Assembly (NCBI GenBank): GCA_037481835.1
Contig: JBBFKW010000016.1
Span: forward strand, 32,001 to 96,000
Direction: 5' to 3'
DNA: 64,000 bases
Source: Desulfosoma sp.
GTDB lineage: Bacteria > Desulfobacterota > Syntrophobacteria > Syntrophobacterales > DSM-9756
Numbering within the stretch: position 1 is the first letter of the stretch; the number at the start of each line of letters is the position of its first letter. Below, piece after piece: positions 21,031 to 31,272 of this stretch. Below the pieces are notes generated by a model. The model made no database searches, was not told the origin of the DNA, and saw nothing but the letters and a program-made list of their open reading frames with translations. The position numbers and the translations under genes are program-made.

Positions 21031-21966
21031 ATGCGCAGACGATTGAAAGTCTTTTCCGGATCGTCCAACCCGACACTGGCCCAAAGCCTGTGCCGACACT
21101 TGGGATTGTCCCTGGGCAAGGCTCTGGTCACGCGATTTTCCGACGGGGAAATCCGGGTGGAAATCGGGGAGAATGTCCGCGGGGTGGATGCGTACGTGGT
21201 CCAATCCACGTGCCGTCCGGTCAACGACCACCTCATGGAGCTCCTGCTCATGGTGGACGCCCTCAAGAGGGCCTCGGCGGCGCGCATCAATGCGGTCATC
21301 CCGTACTACGGCTATGGGCGAAGGGACCAGAAGGACAAGCCCCGGGTGCCCATAACGGCCAAAATGGTGGCCAATCTTCTGACGGCGGCTGGGGTGGACC
21401 GGGTCGTGTCGTGTTCGCTCCATGCCGGGCAGATCCAAGGATTTTTTCGACTGCCCGTGGACGACATTCCGGGGCAGTGTTTCTTCATGGAAGAGCTGGG
21501 CCGGAGCGCCCGCAAGGACACTGTGGTGGTGGCTCCGGATGCGGCCGGGGTGGGCCGGGCCAGGCTCCTGGCGGAAAAGCTTCAAGTTCCGTTGGCGATC
21601 ATTCACCATGAACGGGAAACGGGCCAGAGGGATCCCGTGGTGGTGGGGGATGTGCGCGGCAAGTCCGTCATCATTTTCGACGACATGGTGGATACGGGGG
21701 CCAAAGTGAGTGCGGCCGCGCAGGCGGTCATGGCTTACGGCGCGCACGAAGCGGATGCCGTCTGCGTCCACGGGGTTCTTTCCGAAGGGGCCGTGGAACG
21801 CATCGAAGCCTCCCCGCTGCAAAGGCTTGTGGTCACCGATACCATCCCCATGGGGGACAAGGCGGCCCGGTCCGCGAAGATTCACAAGGTGAGCGTGGCG
21901 CCCCTTCTGGCGCAGGTTATGGAGCACATCCATCGGGACGAATCGGTAAGCGGGCTTCTTTCTTAG
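21031..21966 (+). CDS. prs: Ribose-phosphate pyrophosphokinase family protein with degenerate catalytic motifs
   Basis: FSDGEI, ENVRG, LHAGQIQGFF, DDMVDTG and synteny. Several active-site motifs are altered (see findings). Confidence 0.9.
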   Translation: MRRRLKVFSGSSNPTLAQSLCRHLGLSLGKALVTRFSDGEIRVEIGENVRGVDAYVVQSTCRPVNDHLMELLLMVDALKRASAARINAVIPYYGYGRRDQKDKPRVPITAKMVANLLTAAGVDRVVSCSLHAGQIQGFFRLPVDDIPGQCFFMEELGRSARKDTVVVAPDAAGVGRARLLAEKLQVPLAIIHHERETGQRDPVVVGDVRGKSVIIFDDMVDTGAKVSAAAQAVMAYGAHEADAVCVHGVLSEGAVERIEASPLQRLVVTDTIPMGDKAARSAKIHKVSVAPLLAQVMEHIHRDESVSGLLS

Positions 21967-22005
21967 CGGTTCGATTCCGAAGTCCTTTTCATGTGGAGGC
22001 GATTT

Positions 22006-22635
22006 ATGGCGATGGTGGAGTTGACGGCGAAAGTTCGCGAACGAACCGGGAAAGGCCCCGCGCGAAGGCTGCGGCAGCAGGAATGGATTCCGGCGATCTG
22101 TTACGGCCCCAAGACGTCCCCCCTGCCCTTGTCCGTTCCCCGCAATAAGCTGCTCAAGTGTTTGAAGGAAATGGGAGAGGAGACCCGCCTGATCCCTCTG
22201 GTGGTGGAAGACGGATCGACCCGGACGACGAAAAAAGTGGTCATCCGCGAGGTCCAGGTGCATCCTTACAAGCGGCGGGTGATCCATGTGGATTTTCACG
22301 AGGTGGCCCTCGATGAACCCTTGACCGTGGATGTGCCGGTGGAAATTACGGGCACGGCGGCGGGTGTGGCCGACGGCGGCATGCTCAACCAAATCCGCTA
22401 CACCCTCTCCGTGAGGTGCCTACCTACGGAAATTCCGGAAAAAATCACGGTGGACGTGAGCCCGCTCGGCATGGGGGAGTCCCTGCACGTGTCGGATCTC
22501 CGAGGCAAGGTTCCCTTTGAGATCTTGGACGATGACAGCTATACTGTGGTGACCGTGGCAGCTCCGGAATCGGAAAAAGCACCTGCAGTGCCTGAATCGA
22601 CAACCGAAGGTGGAGAGGAGGTGACAAAGGCATAG
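22006..22635 (+). CDS. rplY: 50S ribosomal protein L25 (CTC type)
   Basis: GKGPARRLR, IPAICYG, HVDF, CLPTEIPE. Confidence 0.95.
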   Translation: MAMVELTAKVRERTGKGPARRLRQQEWIPAICYGPKTSPLPLSVPRNKLLKCLKEMGEETRLIPLVVEDGSTRTTKKVVIREVQVHPYKRRVIHVDFHEVALDEPLTVDVPVEITGTAAGVADGGMLNQIRYTLSVRCLPTEIPEKITVDVSPLGMGESLHVSDLRGKVPFEILDDDSYTVVTVAAPESEKAPAVPESTTEGGEEVTKA

Positions 22636-23307
22636 GTGGTCCAGGGGGATTTCCGCCCGGGGGCCGAGAGCCGAAAGCCTTCCGGCGCGGAGCGCATCGA
22701 CGTCGTGGTTGGGCTGGGGAATCCGGGCCGCCGCTATGAGGGCACGCGGCATAACGCGGGGTTCCAGGTGGTGGATGCCTTGGCGAGCCATTACGGGATG
22801 GGGCTCCAGGAACGGAAGTTTCCGGCGCAGTGGGCGGAGGCTGTGGTGGAAGGGCGCAAGGTCCTTTTCATCAAGCCGACGACATACATGAATCGAAGCG
22901 GAGATGCCGTTTACGCCATGCTCCAATATTTCAAGATCCCGCCCTCTCGGATGCTCGTCATCCACGATGATTTGGACATGCCCTTGGGGCGCGTCAAAAT
23001 CGTGCGCGCGGGGGGAGCGGGAGGTCATCGGGGCGTGGCCTCCATCATCGAGCGGGTGGGGGACGGCGGCTTTGCTCGTCTGAAGCTGGGCATCGGCCGG
23101 CCTCCACACGGTGAGCCGGTTGAAGTGTACGTGTTGAGCGGCCCGGAGGAGGATGAGCGGGACCGGTTCGAGAAGATGGTATCCCACGGTGCCGAGGCGG
23201 CTCGAGCCGTTCTGGAACGGGGCCTGGAGGCGGCCATGAACCTCTACAACGTGAGGGATGCGGCCGCGCTCATGGGGCCACGGATTCGGGCGGAAACGGG
23301 AGCGTAA
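22636..23307 (+). CDS. pth: Peptidyl-tRNA hydrolase
   Basis: GLGNPG, TRHNAG, YMNRSG, HDDLD, GGHRG. Confidence 0.95.
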   Translation: MVQGDFRPGAESRKPSGAERIDVVVGLGNPGRRYEGTRHNAGFQVVDALASHYGMGLQERKFPAQWAEAVVEGRKVLFIKPTTYMNRSGDAVYAMLQYFKIPPSRMLVIHDDLDMPLGRVKIVRAGGAGGHRGVASIIERVGDGGFARLKLGIGRPPHGEPVEVYVLSGPEEDERDRFEKMVSHGAEAARAVLERGLEAAMNLYNVRDAAALMGPRIRAETGA

Positions 23308-23363
23308 GCTTTTTTTTGGCCTGTCAAGTTAAATTTTGCACAAGGTGAAGGAGGATGGGAGCG

Positions 23364-25358
23364 ATGCTCAACTACACGATGTACGCACCGATCTTTGGTA
23401 TCGCCGGGTTTGCCGTGGCCTTCATGATCTTTCTCTGGGTCAAGAAGCAGCCCCCCGGCACGGAAAAAATGCAGGAATTGGAAGAAATGATTCACGTGGG
23501 CGCCATGGCGTTTCTCAAGACCGAGTACTCGGTCCTCTTGATTTTCATTGCCGTGGTGGCCGGTCTTCTCTATTTCGGCGTCAATCCCCAGACGGCGTAC
23601 TGCTTCCTGGGCGGTGCGGCGTGTTCCATCATCGCCGGTTTTACGGGCATGACGGCGGCAACGCGGGGGAATTCGCGTACCGCGTGGGCCGCCAATCAGT
23701 GGGGTCAGGCCAAGGCCTTGACGGTTTCCTATTTTTCCGGGTCCGTCATGGGGCTTTCGGTGGCCGGCCTTGGGCTTTTGGGCGTGGGCATTGCCTACTA
23801 CCTGTTCGGCAAGGATCCGGCGACGGCCAACTACATCAACGGCTTTGCCATGGGCGCCAGCTCCATCGCCTTGTTCGCTCGTATGGGCGGCGGCATCTAC
23901 ACCAAGGCGGCGGACGTGGGTGCCGACCTTGTGGGTAAGGTGGAAGCGGGCATCCCGGAAGACGATCCGCGCAACCCGGGCGTCATCGCCGACAACGTGG
24001 GCGACAACGTGGGCGACATCGCCGGCATGGGCGCCGACATTTTCGAATCTTACGTGGGCGCCATCATCGCCACCATCGCCATCGCGGCCACCATGCCTCA
24101 GGAAATGCTTCAGGGTGCGGACCGTATGGCATACATGGCCATGCCCCTCCTGGTGGTCATGGGCGGCTTGGTTTCGTCCTTCCTGGGCGTCTTCAGCCTC
24201 AAGGCCATGAGCGGCATGAACCCGCAAAGCGCGCTGCGCTACACGACCTTTGTGGCGGCCGTCGCTTTCATCGGGATCACCTATTACATCGACAAGGCTT
24301 TGGGCTTGCCGATGGGGGTGTTCTACGCGGTGGTGAGCGGCCTTGTGGTGGGCATCATCATCGGGCTCTTGGCGGAATACTACACCTCCATGGCGCCGGT
24401 GCGTAAGATCGCGGCCCAGTCCGAAACGGGTCCGGCCACGGTCATCATCGCCGGTCTCGCCGTGGGTATGGAAAGTGTGGCCCTGCCCGTGATCGGCATC
24501 TGTGCGGCGACCTACATCGCCTACGTGACGGGCGGCATTTACGGCATCGGTATTTCCGCCGTCGGCATGCTCGCCACCGTGGGTGCCACCATGACCGTGG
24601 ACGCCTATGGTCCCATCGCCGACAACGCGGGCGGCATTTCCGAAATGGCGGAACTGGGTCCTGAAACCCGCGCCATCACGGACAGCCTGGATGCGTTGGG
24701 CAACACCACGGCGGCCATCGGCAAGGGCTTTGCCATCGGCGCGGCGGCCCTCACCGCGGTCGCTCTGTTCCAGGCTTTTGCCCAGGCGGCCAAGCTCCAG
24801 ACCATCGACATCACCGATCCCTACGTGACCATCGGCGCCCTCATCGGCGGCATCGTGCCGTTTGTCGTGGCCGCTCTGACCATGACGGCCGTGGGCGATG
24901 CGGCTTTCGACATGGTGGAAGAAATCCGCCGTCAGTTCCGTGAAATCCCCGGCTTGATGGAAGGCAAGGGCAAGCCCGACCCGGCCCGCTGCGTGGCCAT
25001 CGCCACCAAGGGCGCCATCCGCCGCATGATGCTCCCGGGTCTCGTGGGCGTGACCACCCCCGTGGTCGTGGGCTTCCTCATCGGCCCCCAGGCTCTGGGC
25101 GGGACGCTCCTGGGCTGCACCATCTCCGGCGTCATGCTGGCCCTGTTCATGGCCAACGGCGGCGGTGCGTGGGACAATGCCAAGAAGTACATTGAAAAGG
25201 GTCACTTCGGCGGCAAGGGTTCGGACAACCACAAGGCCGCCGTGGTGGGCGACACCGTTGGCGACCCGTTCAAGGACACCTCCGGCCCCACCATGAACAT
25301 CCTCATCAAGCTCGTGTCGGTCATCTCACTCGTCATCGCCCCGCTGCTCATCCGCTAA
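23364..25358 (+). CDS. hppA: Membrane-bound pyrophosphatase, K+-dependent type (probably Na+-translocating)
   Basis: [26 protein letters not shown] (Ala at the K+-dependence site), [14 protein letters not shown]. Confidence 0.95.
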   Translation: MLNYTMYAPIFGIAGFAVAFMIFLWVKKQPPGTEKMQELEEMIHVGAMAFLKTEYSVLLIFIAVVAGLLYFGVNPQTAYCFLGGAACSIIAGFTGMTAATRGNSRTAWAANQWGQAKALTVSYFSGSVMGLSVAGLGLLGVGIAYYLFGKDPATANYINGFAMGASSIALFARMGGGIYTKAADVGADLVGKVEAGIPEDDPRNPGVIADNVGDNVGDIAGMGADIFESYVGAIIATIAIAATMPQEMLQGADRMAYMAMPLLVVMGGLVSSFLGVFSLKAMSGMNPQSALRYTTFVAAVAFIGITYYIDKALGLPMGVFYAVVSGLVVGIIIGLLAEYYTSMAPVRKIAAQSETGPATVIIAGLAVGMESVALPVIGICAATYIAYVTGGIYGIGISAVGMLATVGATMTVDAYGPIADNAGGISEMAELGPETRAITDSLDALGNTTAAIGKGFAIGAAALTAVALFQAFAQAAKLQTIDITDPYVTIGALIGGIVPFVVAALTMTAVGDAAFDMVEEIRRQFREIPGLMEGKGKPDPARCVAIATKGAIRRMMLPGLVGVTTPVVVGFLIGPQALGGTLLGCTISGVMLALFMANGGGAWDNAKKYIEKGHFGGKGSDNHKAAVVGDTVGDPFKDTSGPTMNILIKLVSVISLVIAPLLIR

Positions 25359-25380
25359 GCGACGACGCGCCATGACCCGA

Positions 25381-25410
25381 AAGGGCCCCCGGGCAGTTCC
25401 GGGGGCCCTT
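25381..25410 (+). terminator. GC-rich hairpin after hppA
   Basis: aagggcccccgg-N6-ccgggggccctt, short U tract. Confidence 0.55.
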
Positions 25411-25598
25411 GAATGTAGGGCGGGCGTTTGCCCCGACGGATCCCTGCGCTTTTCCGACCTCTGTTTGCCCTTTGCAGTGCGTCTTCAAGGTGTTATTATT
25501 TTGAAACTTATCAGTTTGCGGGCCCACCGGGTGGGCCCAGGGGATTAGGGCGTCTTTCGACGGAGGGAGTTCCTCCATCGGGAGACAGGGAGGTCGTG

Positions 25599-26078
25599 AT
25601 GTTCAAGGTCGGGGATCTTGCCGTGTACCCTGCCCATGGCGTCGGCAAAATCGAAGCCATCGAAACCAAGTCCATCGGCGGTCATTCCCAGGATTTTTAC
25701 ATCATGCGCATCCTGGAAAACGATATGAAAATCATGATCCCGGTGCAAAACGCGCACGTGGTGGGTCTGCGCCGCCTGATCGCCGCGGACGAGGTCCACA
25801 AGGTCTACGACATTTTGCGCCGCAGGGAGATTTCGGTCAACTCCACCACGTGGAACCGGCGCTACCGGGAATACATGGAAAAGATCAAGACGGGATCCAT
25901 TTACGAACTGGCGGAAGTGCTCCGGGATTTGACCGTGCTCCAAAACGATAAAGAATTGAGTTTCGGGGAACGCAAGATGCTGGAAACCGCTCGAGCGCTC
26001 TTGGTGACGGAAGTCGCCATGGCGAGAGGGGCCCAGGAAAGCCAGATTGCCTGTGAAATCGACGAAATTCTTCAATAA
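25599..26078 (+). CDS. carD: CarD/CdnL family RNA polymerase-binding regulator
   Basis: MFKVGDLAVYPAHGVG, WNRRYR, LSFGERKM. Confidence 0.93.
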   Translation: MFKVGDLAVYPAHGVGKIEAIETKSIGGHSQDFYIMRILENDMKIMIPVQNAHVVGLRRLIAADEVHKVYDILRRREISVNSTTWNRRYREYMEKIKTGSIYELAEVLRDLTVLQNDKELSFGERKMLETARALLVTEVAMARGAQESQIACEIDEILQ

Positions 26079-26207
26079 CCCATCCCTCTTTGTCTCCGGC
26101 AATCGGTGGGCGTTCAGGAAGCGGCCGGGCGTTTCGTTCCTCCACCGGGATTGTCTCCCGTAGCGCGCTTCAAGGATTGGGGTTTCGGCCATTTTTCATG
26201 AAGGGGG

Positions 26208-27242
26208 GTGGAATATGTGGCTTGGGCCAGTCTTGTCACGAAGATTGTCCTGATCGTCGTCTGCAGCGTCGGCGGGTATCTCATCGCCGGCCAGATCGGG
26301 CACCTGGCCCCTTACGGGTGGGCCCCGTGGGCGGGTGTGGCCGTCGGGTTTTGTTTCGCACTTTTAGCCATTTGGTTGGTCAAGACCGTTCGCCGCTTGC
26401 CCATCAAGGTCCTTTTGGGGGGCACCCTGGGACTGGTGATGGGGCTTTTGATCGTCAAACTGTTGAGTTTCGCCTTTATCGGCATTGAGAACACCACGAT
26501 CCGGGTGGCCAGTTCCGTGGTCCTCGTGTGCATCTTCGGCTACGTGGGCGTCGTCCTCGGCAGCATCAAGATCGAAGAATTGGGGTGGCCGAGTTGGCCT
26601 TTTTTCCATCGGGCGGGAGGCCGCGGGGCCTCGCTCAAGATTCTGGATACCAGTGTCATCATCGACGGGCGTATTGTGGACATCCTGCAGGCGGGGTTTT
26701 TGGAAGGCGTTCTCGTGATCCCCGAATTCGTGCTTCAGGAGCTCCAGCATATCGCCGACAGCTCGGATCCGTCCCGGAAGCTTCGCGGCCGGAGGGGCTT
26801 GGACATGCTGAAGAAGCTCCAGGAAGAGAAGCTGGCTGAGATTCGCATCGAACGGCAGGATTTTCCCCATTTGAGCGACGTGGACGCCAAACTGACGGCG
26901 CTGGCCGTGCGCCTCAACGCGTCCATCGTCACCAACGATTACAACCTGTCCAAGGTGGCGGAAGTGCAAGGGATTCCCGTACTGAACATCAACCGGTTGG
27001 CCAATGCGCTGCGGCCCGTGGTGTTGCCGGGAGAAGTGCTCCGTCTGCAAATTCTCAAGGAAGGCAAGGAGGAGGGCCAGGGGATCGCCTATTTGGAAGA
27101 CGGCACCATGGTGGTGGTGGAAAATGCAGCCAAGCTTTTGGGCCAGGAAGTGGAGGCTTCGGTGACGAGTATCTTGCAGACCACCGGCGGCCGAATGATC
27201 TTTACGACCCTCAAACCGTCGGAATCGGGTCGGCGGCATTAG
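26208..27242 (+). CDS. PIN/TRAM domain membrane protein (YacL-like)
   Basis: N-terminal TMs, LDTSVIIDGRI, RGRRGLD, TNDYNL, YLEDGTMVVVE. Confidence 0.92.
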   Translation: MEYVAWASLVTKIVLIVVCSVGGYLIAGQIGHLAPYGWAPWAGVAVGFCFALLAIWLVKTVRRLPIKVLLGGTLGLVMGLLIVKLLSFAFIGIENTTIRVASSVVLVCIFGYVGVVLGSIKIEELGWPSWPFFHRAGGRGASLKILDTSVIIDGRIVDILQAGFLEGVLVIPEFVLQELQHIADSSDPSRKLRGRRGLDMLKKLQEEKLAEIRIERQDFPHLSDVDAKLTALAVRLNASIVTNDYNLSKVAEVQGIPVLNINRLANALRPVVLPGEVLRLQILKEGKEEGQGIAYLEDGTMVVVENAAKLLGQEVEASVTSILQTTGGRMIFTTLKPSESGRRH

Positions 27243-27250
27243 TCTCCCCC

Positions 27251-28261
27251 ATGACCAACGTCTCCGCCCCAACCCGCATCGTTCACGTCCAGGCGCCGGA
27301 CAAGGGACAGCGCCTGGACGTTTTTTTGAGCGACCGAGACCCCGATCGATCCCGGTCGCAATACAAGAAATGGATCGAAGCGGGACACGTCCTCGTCAAC
27401 GGCGCACGGGTCAAGCCGGGCTATGTGGTTCAGGCGGGGGACGAGATCACCGTGCGGGACGTGGAACCTTCCGGCGCAGGGGTCCTGGTTCCCGAGCCCA
27501 TGCCGCTCCATGTGCTCTATGAAGACAGTGATCTCATTGTCGTCAACAAGCCGGCCGGGCTGGTGGTCCATCCTGGAGCGGGGCATGAGCGCGGCACGTT
27601 GGTTCACGGGCTGCTCGCCCATTGCCCCCGGTTGGCGAACCAAGGAGCACCGCTTCGCCCCGGCATCGTGCATCGGCTGGACCAGGAAACGTCCGGCGTT
27701 TTGGTGGTGGCCAAAAGCGACGGCGCCTACCTGGACCTCATCGAGCAGTTCAAGGGCCGTGAAGTGCGAAAGACGTATTGTGCCTTCGTCTACGGCCGTT
27801 TCAGCGAGCCGTACGGGGAGCTTCGCACCAAGATCGGTCGCCATCCCAAGGACCGCAAGAGGATGGCCGTGGTGGAACGGCTGGGCAAGGAGGCCGTCAC
27901 ACTCTGGCGGGTGCGAAGGGTCTGGTTCGATCTCGTCTCGCTCTTGGAGGTGCGGATTCTCACGGGTCGTACCCATCAAATCCGCGTCCACTGTCACGCC
28001 ATGAACCGCCCCGTGGTGGGGGACGAAACCTATGGAGGAGGCATGCGCCGGGCGCAGCGCCTCCCCAATCCGGCCGTTCGAGCCGCGGTCCTGGCCCATG
28101 CCCATCGCACCATGCTGCACGCATGGCGTTTGACCCTGAAGCACCCCCGGACGAGGGAGGAGCTCCACTTCGAAGCCCCCCTGCCTCAAGATTTTTTGGA
28201 TCTGGAAGCCGCCCTCCAGGAAACCTTCACGGCGTCCCCGTCCTCGTCGGGTGAGGCGTGA
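27251..28261 (+). CDS. rluD: RluA-family pseudouridine synthase with S4 domain
   Basis: RLDVFL, NKPAGLVVHP, HRLDQETSG, TGRTHQIRVH, LHA. Confidence 0.9.
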   Translation: MTNVSAPTRIVHVQAPDKGQRLDVFLSDRDPDRSRSQYKKWIEAGHVLVNGARVKPGYVVQAGDEITVRDVEPSGAGVLVPEPMPLHVLYEDSDLIVVNKPAGLVVHPGAGHERGTLVHGLLAHCPRLANQGAPLRPGIVHRLDQETSGVLVVAKSDGAYLDLIEQFKGREVRKTYCAFVYGRFSEPYGELRTKIGRHPKDRKRMAVVERLGKEAVTLWRVRRVWFDLVSLLEVRILTGRTHQIRVHCHAMNRPVVGDETYGGGMRRAQRLPNPAVRAAVLAHAHRTMLHAWRLTLKHPRTREELHFEAPLPQDFLDLEAALQETFTASPSSSGEA

Positions 28262-28363
28262 TGGATTGCGCCCGGAGGCCTTCCCGGAAAAGTCGTTGAC
28301 AAGACTGCTCGGACGGGCTTTTGTTGGCCTCATGAGACCATCGTCAAAGGAGAAAGGGATTCC

Positions 28364-28588
28364 ATGGCCGAAAACCGATTGATTCACGCATTTCAAAAGA
28401 ACGCCCTTGAAGAAATCCGAGTCTCCCTCAATGTCTTTCGCGGGAAGGAATACATTGATATCCGCATTTTCTATAAGGGGGACGACGGCGAGTATCACCC
28501 GTCCAAGAAAGGCGTCACCCTCTCCCCGGAGCTTCTTCCCGATTTACAGGAAGCGGTGAAAAAGCTGGAAGAAACCCTCGAGGCGTAA
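28364..28588 (+). CDS. PC4/YdbC family ssDNA-binding protein
   Basis: EEIRVSLNVFRGKEYIDIRIFY...PSKKGVTL. Confidence 0.88.
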   Translation: MAENRLIHAFQKNALEEIRVSLNVFRGKEYIDIRIFYKGDDGEYHPSKKGVTLSPELLPDLQEAVKKLEETLEA

Positions 28589-29131
28589 ATGCCCGCACCC
28601 GCCGATGCCCCTCGCAGCCAGTTTACCTGGTGCCCTAAGGAAGAACGTTTCATCCCGCTGCTGCGGTGCCTCACGTGCCGGCCGCCGTGCGCCGCTTCGG
28701 CGGCGGCGGTAGCCGAGCCCAACGCGGCCCTGTGGGTGGCGGCGGGGAAAATCAAGGAGGCCTACACGATGAAGCCCAAGGTCCGTGCCCAGGAAACCCG
28801 CGAAGAAAGCCCTGCGCGCTTCTTTCTCGTGGAAGACGGCACGCTGCGCGATCTGAACCCGGACGAGTACAGCCCCGCCACCGTTTACGAGGCGTTGGGG
28901 AGCTACGGTGTGGAGCGCCGTTTCGTCAAGCCCGAGGAAAAAGGGGATCTCGTCTTTGAAGGGAAAAAGCCGCCGAAGCAAACGGTTCCCGTCCTCGTTT
29001 TGAAAAACGGCACCGCGGCTGTGCTCTCCTCGTGGGACGAACTGATATCCAACCCGGAAAGGCTTTCCGAAGCGAAGGAAGTCCGGGTCGCCCGCGCCGT
29101 CAAGCAGGTTTTCGTCCTCAAGGCCCTGTGA
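28589..29131 (+). CDS. Hypothetical protein with N-terminal Cys cluster
   Basis: Abuts the PC4 gene (TAA-ATG); CPKE...CLTCRPPC; host-like codon use. Confidence 0.6.
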   Translation: MPAPADAPRSQFTWCPKEERFIPLLRCLTCRPPCAASAAAVAEPNAALWVAAGKIKEAYTMKPKVRAQETREESPARFFLVEDGTLRDLNPDEYSPATVYEALGSYGVERRFVKPEEKGDLVFEGKKPPKQTVPVLVLKNGTAAVLSSWDELISNPERLSEAKEVRVARAVKQVFVLKAL

Positions 29132-29182
29132 TCTGGCCGTCGGCCGCCCGTGGCGCCATGGGCCTTAAGGTTCAATAAAACC

Positions 29183-29213
29183 GTAGGTTGGGGTACGCTT
29201 CGCTCACCCCAAC
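29183..29213. repeat. GTAG-type REP-like palindrome
   Basis: GTAG-GTTGGGGT-acgcttcgctc-ACCCCAAC; core 26/27 identical to 49228-49254. Confidence 0.75.
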
Positions 29214-29481
29214 GCCATTCCAGGCGCAGCCACCCCCAACGTCATTCCAAGGGCCAACGCCTCCAACCTCACCCCCCAAGGCAAAGGGGCTGCCCCGAGC
29301 CCACCCCCTTCCCTCGGCGCGGCCTGTCGCCCCCGTCAAGCCGCGTCCGTTCTATCGACAATCCCGATGGAAAGTGTCTTTGGCGATCGCCTTTCCATTG
29401 CCTTCCGGGTCCTGAATGCTCTATTTTCTCTTCAATGGCCCATCAGGGCATCATGGGGACTCACAAAGAAGGAGGAAGGTT

Positions 29482-29832
29482 ATGGCCAATTTCCTTTTTG
29501 TGCTCAGTCGAGACGACCACGAACCCGCCACGCGCTGTTTCCAGTTGGCGAAAATCGCCCATTCCCAGGGGCACAAGGTGGATGTGTTTCTCATCGACGG
29601 AGGGGTTCGTTGGGCGGACACCACTCGGGACTACACGGTCAAGACGGCCACCGGCGATTGCGTTCAGGACTACCTCCCCTATCTGGTGGACAACGAGATT
29701 CCCATCTATGTCTGAATTCCCTGCGCTCGAGCCCGTCAGGTTGACGAGGCGAAGTTTTATTCCAACATGGCCCTGGAAGGCGGCCCATTGCTCATTAAGC
29801 TCGCCGCCGAAGCTAAGGTGTTCAACTTCTAG
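29482..29832 (+). CDS. DsrE-like protein, probable selenoprotein (Sec at TGA 29713-29715), 116 aa
   Basis: GGAGG SD; GHKVDVFLIDGGV DsrE core. After the TGA the frame stays open as U-IPCARARQVDE...KVFNF*, giving UxxC where DsrE has CxxC. Confidence 0.85.
29731..29750 (+). promoter_or_regulatory. Bacterial SECIS-like hairpin
   Basis: GCC-CGTCA-GGT-TGACG-A-GGC; G-starting apical loop 23 nt after the UGA. Confidence 0.7.
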
Positions 29833-29839
29833 GGGTATC

Positions 29840-30550
29840 CTAAAACCCCAAATAGGCCTCGCGCACTTTCGGGTCTTTCTCCAGCTCTCGGCTTGATCCG
29901 TGCCGGACGATGCGCCCGCTTTCGATAACGTAGCCGTAGTGGGCGATCCGAAGGGTCTGGTGGACGTTTTGTTCCACGAGAAAGATCGTAAGGCCCATGG
30001 CGTTCAATTCTTGAATCACCCGAAAAACCTCGTGAACCAGGATGGGGGCCAGCCCCAGGCTTGGTTCATCGAACAGGACCAGGGTGGGGTCCTGCATGAG
30101 TCCTCTGCCGATGGCGAGCATTTGCTGCTCGCCTCCGGAGAGGGTTTCGGCGATCTGGTTACGCCTTTCGGCGAGCCGTGGGAAAAGATCATAGACGCGC
30201 CTGAGGTTTTGGGCGCGTTTTTCTTTGGCGCGCTTCAGGTAGGCGCCGAGGATGAGGTTCTCTTCCACGGTCATCTTGGGGAAGAGCTGGCGGCCTTCGG
30301 GAATGAGGGTGATGCCCTGGGCGACAACCTCGTGCACGGGCATGCCACTGATGCGGCGGTTTTCATAGCGGATCTCGCCGGAACTTACAGGCAGCAGGCC
30401 GCAAATGGTCTTGAGCGTCGTGGTTTTTCCGGCCCCGTTGGCCCCGATCAGGGCGATGATCTGGCGTTCTTGGACATCAAGTGTCATGTCCCACAGGGCC
30501 TGCACATCACCGTAATGGGCCGAGACGTCTTGGAGATGAAGGAGGTTCAT
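29840..30550 (-). CDS. LIV-type ABC transporter ATPase (LivF-like)
   Basis: GANGAGKTT, LSGGEQQML, DEPSLGLAP. Confidence 0.93.
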   Translation of the reverse strand: MNLLHLQDVSAHYGDVQALWDMTLDVQERQIIALIGANGAGKTTTLKTICGLLPVSSGEIRYENRRISGMPVHEVVAQGITLIPEGRQLFPKMTVEENLILGAYLKRAKEKRAQNLRRVYDLFPRLAERRNQIAETLSGGEQQMLAIGRGLMQDPTLVLFDEPSLGLAPILVHEVFRVIQELNAMGLTIFLVEQNVHQTLRIAHYGYVIESGRIVRHGSSRELEKDPKVREAYLGF

Positions 30551-31272
30551 GCGACGGATTCTCCCAGGTAGGCTTCGATGACAGCGGGATTTTGGGCCAC
30601 TTCCTCTGGAGCGCCTTCGGCGATCTTTTGGCCGTAGTTCAGGACCACCACCCGGTCGCTGATGTTCATGATGACGCGCATGATGTGTTCCACGATGATG
30701 ATGGTGAGACCACGGGCTCGCAGGCTGAGAATGAGCTGCACCGTGCGGTCGGCTTCTGTGGGGTTGAGCCCCGCGACGACTTCGTCGAGCAGGAGCAGGG
30801 ACGGTTCCAAGGCCAAAGCCTTGCTGATTTCCAGGCGCTTTCTGCCGGCAAGGGTGAGGGTTGAGGCCTGATCCCGAGCTCTGTCCGCCAAACCCGTAAA
30901 TTCCAAAATGTCCCACGCATGACGCTCCGCATCCTGCCGGCGGGGGTGCTTGAGCAAGGCCGCTACCACAACATTGTCCAAGACCGTCAACCCGGTGAAG
31001 GGCTTGACGATCTGGAAGGTCCGCCCGATGCCGAGCCGCGCCAGGTTATACGGAGGCAGGCCCGTGATGTCCTGTTCGCGAAAAAAGACTCGCCCCAGCG
31101 TGGGCCTGTAGTAACCGCTGATGAGATTGAACAAGGTGGTTTTCCCGGCGCCGTTGGGCCCGATGAGGCCGAGAATTTCCTGGGGAGCAACCGTGAAACT
31201 GACAGCCTCCACGGCGTGCAGACCGCCGAAGACTTTGGAGACGGAATCCACGCGAAGCATGGGCTCAGCCAT
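30547..31272 (-). CDS. LIV-type ABC transporter ATPase (LivG-like)
   Basis: GPNGAGKTT, GRTFQ, LLLDE, VEH. Confidence 0.93.
   Translation of the reverse strand: MAEPMLRVDSVSKVFGGLHAVEAVSFTVAPQEILGLIGPNGAGKTTLFNLISGYYRPTLGRVFFREQDITGLPPYNLARLGIGRTFQIVKPFTGLTVLDNVVVAALLKHPRRQDAERHAWDILEFTGLADRARDQASTLTLAGRKRLEISKALALEPSLLLLDEVVAGLNPTEADRTVQLILSLRARGLTIIIVEHIMRVIMNISDRVVVLNYGQKIAEGAPEEVAQNPAVIEAYLGESVA

Noticed and set aside
23244..25232. Long antisense ORFs (also 33093-35408, 13808-15361, 8384-10057, 20746-22392, 53473-55119)
   Set aside because: Typical shadows of high-GC3 genes on the opposite strand.
29214..29340. C-rich quasi-repeats as a possible CRISPR or mini-array
   Set aside because: The units are short and degenerate with no regular spacer period, and no cas genes are present.
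29416..29715. DsrE gene as a truncated pseudogene
   Set aside because: The UxxC position, intact downstream frame and SECIS-like hairpin favour Sec readthrough.
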